A stretch of DNA of 63,276 nucleotides, filler included, from Thraustochytrium aureum (taxonomy: Eukaryota), in the NCBI GenBank assembly GCA_012862495.1. It is 6 parts of 2 records of this genome, joined end to end, with 100 filler letters (N's around TTAATTAATTAA, not from the genome) between each part and the next. Parts side by side here need not be neighbours in the genome. Positions count along the whole stretch, not along the records: positions 20,162 to 40,781 come from BLSG01000061.1; positions 40,882 to 59,106 come from BLSG01000061.1; 4 more parts are not named here. One strand, 5' to 3'. A program made the position numbers and the translations under genes. The notes under the pieces are model-generated. The model worked only from the letters and a program-made list of their open reading frames with translations, ran no database searches and was not told the origin of the DNA. Shown here one piece after another: positions 33,683 through 45,452 of the stretch. The first letter of the stretch is position 1. Every line of letters starts with the position of its first letter.

Positions 33683-36383
33683 ATGTCCTTCTACAACCCT
33701 GCCGCCTCCTTCTCGAGACCCAAGGTGTACGACCCAAGCCTCGCCCAGCATACCCAAGTTGAGCCGTCTAGCGAGCTCAACATCGCCGACCTCGCGAGCC
33801 GCATCGCAGAGCAGCAGCGAAAGTCGCTGCTGCAAGAGCTAGGCCTGAGCGACGGCGAGGATGACCTCTGCACTGATGACGAAGAAGCCAAAGAGTACTC
33901 GGTTGATGAAGCCATGAGCACCGTTGTGCGCGAAGAGTTTGAGCAGCTTCAGCAGCGGTACATGACGGCGCTCAAGGAGATCCACGACATGGGCGAGAAG
34001 GAGCGCAAGGCCGTCGAGCAGGTCGCCAAGCTGAGGCAAATGAGCAAGTCTCAGGCCACAATCCTGAGCCGCAGCTACAAGGCCAAGCTCGTCGAGCAGG
34101 CCTCCCTGCTGGACGAGCTCCTCTCGGCGCTGCGCGAGACCGAGGCAAATGCAGGGCTACCCCCTAAAAGCAGCACTGCCCTGCAAACCGCCGTGGAGGC
34201 GCACAAAGCGGCCATCGCCGACGCACCGAGCGCGCAAGGCGCCCTCGCAGGCGCCGACTTGCCAGCGCCTATACCACACGTGGACCCAGTGGTGCTTCAA
34301 AAGCAGCTCGACTCGGTGCGCCACGAGAACCAGCTCTTGCAGCAGTGCCTCTCAGACCTTATCTCGGGCGAGATCCCTGCCCTCGTTCCGCGGACGATGG
34401 AGGCGGCTGCCATGCGCAAGGTAGCCCAGCCCGAATCCTCTGCAGTAGACGACCTAGACGTCGAGGCCAAGACCGGGNNNNNNNNNNNNNNNNNNNNNNN
34501 NNNNNNNNNNNNNNNNNNNNNNNNNNNNNNNNNNNNNNNNNNNNNNNNNNNNNNNNNNNNNNNNNNNNNNNNNNNNNNNNNNNNNNNNNNNNNNNNNNNN
34601 NNNNNNNNNNNNNNNNNNCGCGGCATTCACGAGCAAGCTCAACAACCTGAGCTCTGACGCCCTCAAGTCCAAACTCGTCAAAGCCCTCAAGGTCGCGAAA
34701 GCCTCGCAAACCAAACTCGCCGCCGCCGAGGCCGAAAAGGACCAGCTCCTCGCCCTGTTGACAGAGGCGAGAACTGAACTGGAGAGCCGCAGCAGCGCCG
34801 CGGCGCCCGCCGCTGATGCGCCACCAGCCCCCCTCGCAGTGGCGGTTGTGCCGCCACCAACGCCGCTCCAAGACGAGCCCCCCGCCGAGTCGAAGGCAGA
34901 CAAGATCCGCGAAAAGTTCGACAAGCTCAAACAAAAGCTTGCCCAAAGCGAGGCTGAAAGTGCCGAGGCCAAGGCCCAGGCAGAGGCCTTGCGAATCGAG
35001 CTCCAGGAGCTGCGCCAGCGCCCCGCTCAGGCCCAGATCGACACCACGCCCCTGACGAGCCGCATTTCTGCCCTTGAAGAATCGCTCGTTGCAGAGAAGC
35101 GCAGAGCTAGCGCGTACGCGACGCAGCTCTCGAGCGCGAAGAGCGGGCTGGCTCGCGCCATGCACGAGCTCAAGGCCCAAGTCGCAGCCCAAAAGGCGCT
35201 GGCTGAGCGCACCAAAGCCGAGCTGTGCGAAGCGCTGCGCCTCGCCCAGCGCGACGTCGCGGGCATGGTCAAGTCACTCGAGAAGCGCATCGCCGCAAAG
35301 CAGGAGGCCCTCTCTGGGGTGGTGGCGAAGTATCAGCGAGAGTTCAAGGAGCGCAAGCGCCTGTTCAACCTTGTCCAAGAGCTGCGCGGCAACATCCGCG
35401 TCTTGTGCCGCGTCAGGCCCGCGCTCGACTTTGAACAGAACGACGTCATCGTTCGCATCCCAGAGGACGGCGTGGTAGAGGTGGTCAACAACAAGGGGAG
35501 GGACAAGCAGTGGGAGTTTGACCACGTCTTCAAGTCCGGCACAACAAATGAGCAGGTCTTCGGCCAGGTTGCCGACCTGTGCACCTCGATCCTCGACGGG
35601 TACAACGTGTGCATATTTGCCTATGGGCAGACTGGGAGGGCAAGACGCACACCATGGAGGGGCCCGAGAACGACCCTGGCGTGAACTTTCGCGCCTTGGA
35701 GCGCCTCTTCGAAAACATGAGCGAGCGCAACCAGGGCGGGGAGTGGACCTTCGAGGTGCAGGTCTCGCTTCTCGAGATCTACAACGAGCAGATCCGCGAC
35801 CTGCTCGCCGATAAGAACAAGCAGCCGAAAAAGCTCGAAGTCAAGGCCGGCAAGCACGGGATGCACGTCCGGGCTGACGATGGTCGGCGTGACCGATCAC
35901 CACCAGGTCATCAAGCTCATGCAAATGGGCAAGCGGAACCGTGCTACGGCTTGCACCGACATGAATTCGCACTCGTCGCGCAGCCACTCGATGCTGTCCA
36001 CTTATATTGTGGCGCGTAACTCGCTCACCAACGAAGAGTCCAGGGGCAAACTCCACCTGATCGACCTCGCAGGCTCTGAGCGCGTCTCCAAGTCGGGGGT
36101 CCAGGGGGCGCGTCTCGCGGAGGCAACGAACATCAACAAGTCGCTCTCTGCCCTTGGCGACGTCATCCAGGCGCGCGCGAACAAGCAAGGCCACGTTCCA
36201 TACCGAAACTCGACCCTGACGTACTTGCTGCAGGACTCGCTGTCGTCCGACTCGAAGACGCTCATGTTTGTGCAGTGCAGTCCTGTCAGCACCAACGCGA
36301 GTGAAACCACCTGCTCGCTCAACTTTGCGGCGAGGGCGCGCCAGGTCGAGCTCGGCAAGGCTGCCAAGCACGTGTCCAAGTGA
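33683..36383 (+). CDS. Kinesin-14 (C-terminal motor, KIFC3-like) with long N-terminal coiled coil; internal gap and frameshifts near 35638 and 35870
   Basis: ERKRLFNLVQELRGNIRVLCRVRP neck, IFAYGQTG(S)GKTHTMEG P-loop, LEIYNEQIRDLL, NSHSSRSH, LIDLAGSER, HVPYRNSTLTYLLQDSL. Confidence 0.95.
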
Positions 36384-36646
36384 AGAGGCAGGCTGCGCAC
36401 GCGCCGGCAGGTGAGAGCTCGACAAGGACCAACCCACAAGCCACGAACAGCCAGAGGTGGCGTTCGGGCGGTCGCGGCGGCCGAGCGTGAAGCCCAGGCC
36501 GCGCGCGGGAGGCAGTAGAGCCTCGCCGCAGCCCCCATCGCCTTGAGGCAAGCGCAGGAATGTGGGAAGAGAAAGAGTTGGTAGAATATCTCATCACGCC
36601 TCCCTCGTTGGCACAGTTTGTCCGTCAGCCTCCTTGCGCGACCTTG

Positions 36647-39368
36647 CTACTCTCGGATCGGAAAAGGCACTGCGCAAGTCACCAGGTGCGCGATCAGCTT
36701 TGGCATGGACGGCAAGGGCGCCGCGCAGCGGTTGCACTGCAGACGCGGCTGCTGCGCCGCCGCTCTTGCCTTCTCCTTGAGCTCGGCCACGCGCTGGGGC
36801 CAGCCGCCCTGCGCCAGGTACGTTGTCGTCATTTCAGCAGAAAGGAAATAGTCNNNNNNNNNNNNNNNNNNNNNNNNNNNNNNNNNNNNNNNNNNNNNNN
36901 NNNNNNNNNNNNNNNNNNNNNNNNNNNNNNNNNNNNNNNNNNNNNNNNNNNNNNNNNNNNNNNNNNNNNNNNNNNNNNNNNNNNNNNNNNNNNNNNNNNN
37001 NNNNNNNNNNNNNNNNNNNNNNNNNNNNNNNNNNNNNNNNNNNNNNNNNNNNNNNNNNNNNNNNNNNNNNNNNNNNNNNNNNNNNNNNNNNNNNNNNNNN
37101 NNNNNNNNNNNNNNNNNNNNNNNNNNNNNNNNNNNNNNNNNNNNNNNNNNNNNNNNNNNNNNNNNNNNNNGGCGCCGATGCGCGTCGGAGGGAAACTCTG
37201 GGCGGCAGTAGTCGTGCAGCGCGTTGCGCCAGCCAGCGATCGGCTTTGGCGGCGCGGTTCGAGGCGGGTCGAACGTTGCTACTGGAATAATTGGTGTGGC
37301 CGACGCCGCCTCGCCCTTCGCGGCTTGGCTCGACCTGGCATCAAGTGCCTTGCGCAAAAACTCGTCAAATAGACCGGCGTAGGCGCGCTCCAGCTCTTCG
37401 CTCGCCCTGCTGCTCGCTCCAAGCAGGCAGTCCGGACGGTCGGGATTCATGTTCGGCCCGCGACAAAGATTGCCCAGCGCGCGGCGTCGCTGCCGTCGAG
37501 GCGCACTGCATACGGGGTGGCAACGTGTGGGACCGTGGCCTCTCCCAGCTGGGCTCGCACTAAACCCTTGAGCCCCGCTATGGAGGCAAAGAGACTCATG
37601 TTTTGGCGGTTCTCGCTCTGCTTGGCAAGCGACGAGCAGCCGGCGCCGAACGCAAAGGCGTCCCTCGCCTCCGCCAGAACCCCTTCGCGCACCTCAAAGG
37701 CGGAGAGTCGCCCCACAGCCGTGCGAAGGCGCTCGTCATTCCGAAGCAGCTCGAGCAGCGGGCTCCCGGCGGGCTCGACGAGGGCCAGCCGAACGTCATG
37801 CGAGGCGTTGGCGCGCAGCCACCGCTCAAGGAGCTTGAGGAGAACCGTGCACGCGGTAGCCGGATCAAAGCGAAAGTCCCCCGTTGAGATCGACGAAAAC
37901 GCCAGAAGGCGCGAGGCGGGCGCTGGCGGCAGAATTGGCGGAGGTGCCGCTTCCTCGGTGCGGCGCTTGGCATGGCGTACGAGGGCACTACAAACCTGGA
38001 ACGCGACGTTTTCGGGCTACCGGTTGCGTCCACCGTCTCGACGGCGTCCGCGCCCTCGGTAGCGCTTGGTGCAGATGCCGAGCCGCCGAACCGGCCCATT
38101 ATCGCTAGAATCGCGCCTCTATCAGAAGGGAAGCCAACGCCTTCGTGATCGGTTCGCCGCTCCAAGCGCTCGACGCATGTGGCGACAGGAGCTTTGACGT
38201 GCAGCAGCAAGACTCGTGCACCTGCCGCTCGGGCGAGTTCGACCCAGGCGGCACGTTGGCTTGCAGTGAGGTTGGTTCGGTCGACGATGACAACCGGGAT
38301 TTTGTTTCGGAGCGCGGCGGCGACTTTCTCTTCCACCTTGGCTCGCGAGCCGAGGGCGTCCTGGCTGAACCTCTCGCACACGCCGGGGCCGGCGGCGTCG
38401 ACGAAGGCCTGCGCTGCGCTTGTCTTGCCAGACCCAGGGAACCCAACGAGCACAGCGACTAGCTGCTGCCCTCCGCTCGTTGCGCCGGCGAGGGCGGCAA
38501 CTTGCTCGGCAAGGCGGGCCTGCTCGGCCGCGGTCGGCTCGGCCAGCGGTCCGTCGCCGCCCTTGGCGAGGCCGGCCAGCTCCAGGCCCCGGCCGCCAAT
38601 GAAAAAGGCTTCGGGCGTGAAGAATGGCAGGCCCACCTCGGCCGCGAAAAGCATGTCGCCGTCGGAAAAGTCGCCGGACCTCCCAGCGGCGTCTCCGACA
38701 AAGAACGACTCTGCCAAGCTCGGCCCAGCACCAGCAGCGTCAGCGCTGCCGCCGAAGCCTTTGTCCGTAGGGTCCTTGAGCATAAAGGTCCACATGCCGG
38801 TGCCTCCGCAGCGCGGCCCAGACTTGGCGCGGTCTGCCGTGCTCGGCTTCCTGAACCGATCTTTCAGCGTGGCCATGTAGACCTCCGCAGGGACGCCGGC
38901 GTGCGCGAGGAATTCGTCCACGCGGTTCGTCTTGCGCGTAACGGCTGCCTGGATGGCGGTCGGCGCCTTGAGCCTGTCGAGGCTCTCGTTGCTGAAAATG
39001 ACAATGCGAAACCCGTGTTCGTGCAGTCCGCGAAGCACGCGAACGACGTCTGGGAACATGATCCGCTGCGCAATCGGCCCGGCCACGATGCCCCTGCCGA
39101 ACGAGCACAAGCACCCGTCAAAGTCGAACCCGGCGACTCGTCCTCGGCCCTCGGCCCAGCCTCGCGCAGCTGCGGCGCTCGGCCCCCCCCCGAAAGCGCG
39201 GAACAGCACGGACCCGTGAACGCGCTGGACCAGTTGTCCGCGAGCTTGGCCGAGCGAAACCTCGTTCCAAACGGCTTGCCGTCCCCGGCGGCGCCCCGGC
39301 CGCCCATCGCCAGCGGCGCAGCCGCGCTCACCTTGGCCACCTTGCGCGCCTCGCTTTGCGCCGGAACG
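36647..39368 (-). CDS. DNA end-processing fusion: HAD 3'-phosphatase + P-loop kinase + macro-like domain + aprataxin (HIT core in gap) + C-terminal zinc finger; 5' partial, frameshifted
   Basis: FDFDGCL, IFSNES, FRKP, FVGDAAGRSGDFSDGD (phosphatase); VLVGFPGSGKT, IVDRTN (kinase); LAFSSISTGDFRFD, MNPDRPDCL, AYAGLFDEF (plant-APTX-type macro region); WRNALHDY; LQCNRCAAPLPSMPKLIAHLVTC. Confidence 0.8.
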
Positions 39369-40120
39369 NNNNNNNNNNNNNNNNNNNNNNNNNNNNNNNN
39401 NNNNNNNNNNNNNNNNNNNNNNNNNNNNNNNNNNNNNNNNNNNNNNNNNNNNNNNNNNNNNNNNNNNNNNNNNNNNNNNNNNNNNNNNNNNNNNNNNNNN
39501 NNNNNNNNNNNNNNNNNNNNNNNNNNNNNNNNNNNNNNNNNNNNNNNNNNNNNNNNNNNNNNNNNNNNNNNNNNNNNNNNNNNNNNNNNNNNNNNNNNNN
39601 NNNNNNNNNNNNNNNNNNNNNNNNNNNNNNNNNNNNNNNNNNNNAAGATCCCGCGAGCCCAGCGGCGCACGAAGCCAGCAGCGCCTCGACGCGAGCAAGC
39701 GCGCGAGAGCGAAGGGCGCGAGGCTGGCGAGCTCGAGGAGCGAGCGCCCTCGCGGGTCTGGCGGCCAGGGGCTCCAAAGCAAGCCAGCCAGCAAGGCAGG
39801 AAGGACGACGTTCGAGGCCTTGCTGCGCCAGACGCTCTTGGCCGTGGCCTCGTGCGCGACGGCCGCCAGATCGATCGAGTTCGATTCGATGGCGATGGCG
39901 ATGTTCATGTTGATGTTGATGTTGAGGCGGTGGACGGCGTGGTCGCGGCTGACGTGGAGGCCGTCGGCGTGGCCGTGGTCGCCGAGGTGCTGTCGCTGGC
40001 CCTGGCGGCGGCGGCGTTTGGTGGTGATGCGCGACTCTCGGGTCGATCGGCATCGGCAGGTGCGAGTTTGCGTTTTTGTTTCTCGCGCGCTAGCTAGCTC
40101 TAGAGAGAGACCTTGGGTGC

Positions 40121-40781
40121 TCAGGTGAGCGCGAGCTGGCCCAGCGGCTGCTGCGAGGCGAGCGCGCTGTCGAGGCTGCGCGAGATTTCGCCAAGCAAGT
40201 CGAGAGACTGCTCCGCGCTGCCTGGCTCGGCCAGGACCGCTAAAAGAGAGTCAAGAACCAGCACGGCGCTCTTTTGATCCACCTGGCGAACGTGGGAGGC
40301 CGGAAACTCGCCAAGCTCGGGCTCGGTCGGAGTGGCGAGCCGTCCGCGCGCCCAGCCGTCGCCGAACAGCTCGAGCACCACGACCGCGTCCCCAACGCAG
40401 AGCGAGATGTCCCCAGGCTTGGCTGCATGAAACTCGTGAACCGCAATCGCCCGAAATGGCACCTCGCCAGCCGCTTTTGCAGTCTTCTCAACCAAGGGGG
40501 CATCGTAGCAGTCAGTGCTCTCGTCATCGTCCTGCTCAGCCTCCTCTTTGATGGCCTCGAGCGACTCTTGTGCGAGCAACGCCTCGTGCTCGCCGCGCAA
40601 CTCGACCTCGCGGGCACAGTCCTCCGGACCAGGGAGGCTGGGCTGCTCCGGTTCGCCGTCCACGAGAACGTTGAGGTCCTGTTCAAGAATCTGCCGCAGG
40701 AGAGGCGCGGCGAGCTGTCCGTCGTCGACACGAAGAAGGAATGGCGCGGCAAAGTCGACGAGTCCGGCGCTGTCAAAGTCT
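40121..40781 (-). CDS. SH3-domain protein, C-terminal part
   Basis: FRAIAVHEFHAAKPGDISLCVGDAVVVLELFGDGWARGR..GEFPASHV is an SH3 consensus. Confidence 0.8.
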
Positions 40782-40881
40782 NNNNNNNNNNNNNNNNNNN
40801 NNNNNNNNNNNNNNNNNNNNNNNNNTTAATTAATTAANNNNNNNNNNNNNNNNNNNNNNNNNNNNNNNNNNNNNNNNNNNN
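40782..40881. other. Artificial scaffold spacer
   Basis: TTAATTAATTAA at 40826-40837 flanked by 44 N on each side. Confidence 0.97.
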
Positions 40882-41322
40882 CACCAATCCAAACCCCCGC
40901 GCGACGCACGCAGCGCAGCGCGCTCGAAGCAGCGCGAGCCGCCACGCAAGCCAGCACGCACGCACGCACGCACGCACGAACGAACGCAAGCAAGCCGGCA
41001 GCGCGAGCGGGAAGCCTCGGGCAGCGGCCGCGCGGGTCGGGGCTCTGCCGTGGCCAGCCAACCAGAGCTCGAAGAAGGTTGGGGAGCTCCAGGCCAGCGA
41101 ACTTTCTGTGCCAGACCCCAAACTCCACGCGACGCCAGGTGCTCTTCTTTCGCAAGTGCATTCGCGCGCGTCAGGCTCGGTCGCGGCCGTGGAGGCGCTC
41201 GTGCTGGCGGCGTTGGCGAACGCGCCAGGCAGCGCAAGAAGGAGGTCGCGGGGAGCGAGGTTGGCAGCCCGCGGCTCGGACGCTGCTTGGACGGCTTTCG
41301 CCGGTTCGGCGGGCCGCGCCTG

Positions 41323-42211
41323 ATGGCGGATGCGTTTGTGGCGGCGCCGGGCGCCGGCTGCGCGCCTCGAAAGGGCGATGTTCTGGTCGTGCCGGCCGTC
41401 GCGATTGGGAATGTGGGCCAGCTGGCCTGTGATCTCGTGCTCAACTCGCTGCTGATGAGCGGCGCCGATGTGGAGCGCGTCGGGTTCATTCGCTCGCGCA
41501 ACGTGCTTCCTATGGTCGGCAACGACCCGCTCGGCGTGGAGGCGGCTGGATCGGTGTGCATTAACCTCGAGGTGTTCCGGGTCCACAGCAAGGGGATCTG
41601 TGTCTTGCAGGTTCGCGCTCCCATAGCCGAGGGCCGCATGGCCGCGTTTGCCGCCGAGCTCGCCAGCTGGGCCTCCGCGGTCGGCTTTGGCCTCGCCGTG
41701 ATGGCGGGCGGCGCAGACGCCGCTACAGGGCTGGACGAGGAGGTCATGACGGCCAAGCTGCGCTTTGCCGCCACGACGCACCTCCCGACCGAGCTCGCGG
41801 GAAAGATCGAGGCGGCGGGCTGCAGCGTCTCCGTGCGGACGCTGCGCGCGTGGCCGCGGCGGCTGGCGCACCTGCAGCGTCTGTCGACAGTCTCGCCGTA
41901 AAGCTGGGCAGCGTCGTGGACCTCGACCTGGACGGCTCGGATTTCGATCCACTTCCCCAGCCGGCCTCCCTGCTCCCTGTTGGCAAGGCTGGGCTCCTCA
42001 ACCCGTCCCTCGAAGCCTTCGAGAGGGCTGGCGTGCCAATGGTGGGCCTCATCCCTTTTGCAAGGAAGGCAACAATACTTCAGAGGCGGGCTTGATGACG
42101 GCCGTGCTCAACCGGGTCGTGCCGCTCCTGCCGGAGCCGCTGCAGCTCATGGCGCCGCGATCCTGGGCGTACCTCGACGGGCCGCGCCCGGAGGTCAGCT
42201 TGTTTCAGTAG
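41323..42211 (+). CDS. PSMG2: Proteasome assembly chaperone 2 (PAC2); 2 frameshifts
   Basis: LVVPAVAIGNVGQLACDL, LPMVGNDP, LQVRAP, FCKEGNN, APRSW. Confidence 0.88.
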
Positions 42212-43399
42212 TCATCGATAACTCGGACGGCGAGCCCGCTTGGTTGGTTTGGCCCTTTCTTGCTCCTGTCAAAAGGCTGCNNNNNNNNNNNNNNNNNNNN
42301 NNNNNNNNNNNNNNNNNNNNNNNNNNNNNNNNNNNNNNNNNNNNNNNNNNNNNNNNNNNNNNNNNNNNNNNNNNNNNNNNNNNNNNNNNNNNNNNNNNNN
42401 NNNNNNNNNNNNNNNNNNNNNNNNNNNNNNNNNNNNNNNNNNNNNNNNNNNNNNNNNNNNNNNNNNNNNNNNNNNNNNNNNNNNNNNNNNNNNNNNNNNN
42501 NNNNNNNNNNNNNNNNNNNNNNNNNNNNNNNNNNNNNNNNNNNNNNNNNGCGCCGCCTTGCTGCCTTGCTTCGCCAACCAACAACTCGACCTTCAGCGAG
42601 CCCGGCTGCGCCTGCATGCGACGGCCGCCGCTGGCTTGCAAAAGCAAGCAACTGAGCATTAGCAGTATCGAGCGCGTGGTGAGGCAGCCCTTGCCATGCT
42701 GACCAAGGCAAGCATTCGCTTGAGCACAGGTAGGCCTACTCGTGTGAGTACTCTACCCTAAGTACTCATGAGTACTCCTCTACTCCCCATCCCCTGCTCC
42801 ACCGAACCGAACGAAGGCGCCAATCCACCGCCGGGATTCGGGACGCAACGCAACGGTGCGCCTGCTCGGGCCAATTACCGGGAGGCAGGCAAGGCTGCGC
42901 ACGCACTGTGCCCAGCCAGTCCTTGGTCGAAAAACCGCGGCAACAGGTAAACCAGGTAGTGGCTAGGTAGGCGCCAATCCGCCCAAGCCGCTGTCGTGCG
43001 ATTCGGGAGGCGGAAAAAGCGAGCAGTCCGAGTCTGATCGGGTCAGCCAATCATCCGCGAGGCAGGCAGGAGGCACAGCCCGAGGGCCTGCCTCGCCTGG
43101 GCTTGTCGGGAGGAGATTCGCGGCCGCGGCGCCGGGCATATGCCTGCACCCCACATGGTCCCCGCGAAAAAAACACTCCCGGACTAACTCGGTGGTATCT
43201 CGTACTAAATACTGTAAAGAGCGACGCGGCGAAGAAAGTGCAACGGCGGCCGGCGTGCTCTCAACACCATCAGCAAACCCGCAAGTGCCAAGTGCATCTG
43301 GCAAGCAGCCCTCCGTCGGCTGGCGCGAAAAGGCGCTCGTGGACCATTTATTCTCCAGCCGACACTCGCCTCAGGCGCTTGCGGAGATCGGTCCGCGCG

Positions 43400-44637
43400 A
43401 TGAGCGGCCAAGAGAGCCCCGAGGCGCTCCAAGTCCCGACGGCCAAAACTGGGCGGCGCTTGTGCTCCCAAGCGAACTGCACAGCGCGGGCTTGGTTTGG
43501 GTTCACGAAGGGCCGCGCGGAGTGGTGCAAGACACACGCGCAACACGGAGCGCTCAACGTCCTAAGGCGACATTGTGAAGTCGAGAACTGCACAAAGCTG
43601 GCGCTCGCCAGCGCTGCCAAAGGCTTGCCAGTTCGATGGTGCGTCTCGCATTCACCAGCCGGCGCGTTCCGCAGCATAAGAAGGTGCTCAGCAGAGGGCT
43701 GCGACGCGCAGCCGAGCTTTGGGCTGCCAAACGCCCGGGCGACTTGGTGCAAGGTGCATGCCCCATGTGATGCCGTCAATGTCGTGAGCCGGTGCTGCGA
43801 AGTCCTGGGCTGCACGACGCTCGCCAGATGCAGTCTAGAGGCGGGGCTTCCGAGGCGATGGTGCCTCGCGCATCGCCCCAACGGCACGTTTGTGCACACC
43901 AAGTCGTGCGCGGAGGACGGCTGCTCGATAGTGCCCTCCTTCGGCCTGCCAAACGGCCGCCCGACCTGGTGCAAAGAGCACGCCCCTGACAGCGCAGTGA
44001 ACGTAGTAAGCCGCCGCTGCGAAGCCGCTGATTGCTCGAAATTCGCGACCCACAGGCTGGCCGAGGACCAACCGATGAGATGGTGCGCCGAGCATTCGCC
44101 GGGTGGGGCCTTCCGGAAACGAATCAAGTGCTCCAAAGAAGGCTGCGACACGTGGCCCAGGTTTGCGCTGCCGAGCGGTCCCAAGACCTGGTGCAAAGAG
44201 CATGCTCCGATCGGCGCAATCAACACCACGCAGCGCCGCTGCCTAGTGGACAGCTGCGAAAAGATCGCAAAGTGCAGTCTACGCCGAGGCCTTCCGAGGC
44301 TCTGGTGCGTCGCGCACCGCCCGAAAGGCGCATATCGCCCCGGCGCGGCATGCGCAGCAGAGGGGTGCGAGGTTCGACCTTGCTTTGGCCCAGCGAACGG
44401 CCGCGCAACGTGGTGCAAGACGCACGCCCCTGAGAGTTCCATAAATGTCGTCAGCCGCCGCTGCGAAGCCGACGCCTGCGCCAAGCTCGCCTCTTGCAGT
44501 GAAGCCAAGGGTCTACCGCCCCGGTGGTGCGTCTCTCATCGCTCAGGAAACGCGAGTGACACGCGAAAGACGTGTGTCGTGGAGGGCTGCGTGACGCGGC
44601 CACAGTTCGGGCTGCCGAACGGAGTTGCAACTTGGTG
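43400..44637 (+). CDS. Cys/His repeat protein (EsV-1-7-like zinc-binding repeats), 74-aa period; 3' end in gap
   Basis: Alternating CxxEGCxxxPxFGLPNGRATWCKxH and CExxxCxKxA..RWCxxH modules. The WC codons of the first module recur at 43523, 43745, 43967, 44189, 44411 and 44633 (exact 222-bp period). Confidence 0.85.
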
Positions 44638-45452
44638 NNNNNNNNNNNNNNNNNNNNNNNNNNNNNNNNNNNNNNNNNNNNNNNNNNNNNNNNNNNNNNN
44701 NNNNNNNNNNNNNNNNNNNNNNNNNNNNNNNNNNNNNNNNNNNNNNNNNNNNNNNNNNNNNNNNNNNNNNNNNNNNNNNNNNNNNNNNNNNNNNNNNNNN
44801 NNNNNNNNNNNNNNNNNNNNNNNNNNNNNNNNNNNNNNNNNNNNNNNNNNNNNNNNNNNNNNNNNNNNNNNNNNNNNNNNNNNNNNNNNNNNNNNNNNNN
44901 NNNNNNNNNNNNNNNNNNNNNNNNNNNNNNNNNNNNNNNNNNNNNNNNNNNNNNNNNNNNNNNNNNNNNNNNNNNNNNNNNNNNNNNNNNNNNNNNNNNN
45001 NNNNNNNNNNNNNNNNNNNNNNNNNNNNNNNNNNNNNNNNNNNNNNNNNNNNNNNNNNNNNNNNNNNNNNNNNNNNNNNNNNNNNNNNNNNNNNNNNNNN
45101 NNNNNNNNNNNNNNNNNNNNNNNNNNNNNNNNNNNNNNNNNNNNNNNNNNNNNNNNNNNNNNNNNNNNNNNNNNNNNNNNNNNNNNNNNNNNNNNNNNNN
45201 NNNNNNNNNNNNNNNNNNNNNNNNNNNNNNNNNNNNNNNNNNNNNNNNNNNNNNNNNNNNNNNNNNNNNNNNNNNNNNNNNNNNNNNNNNNNNNNNNNNN
45301 NNNNNNNNNNNNNNNNNNNNNNNNNNNNNNNNNNNNNNNNNNNNNNNNNNNNNNNNNNNNNNNNNNNNNNNNNNNNNNNNNNNNNNNNNNNNNNNNNNNN
45401 NNNNNNNNNNNNNNNNNNNNNNNNNNNNNNNNNNNNNNNNNNNNNNNNNNNN

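Noticed and set aside
43400..44637. Regular repeats as a CRISPR array
   Set aside because: The 222-bp period is a multiple of 3 and encodes diverged protein repeats; there are no identical short repeats with spacers and no cas genes.
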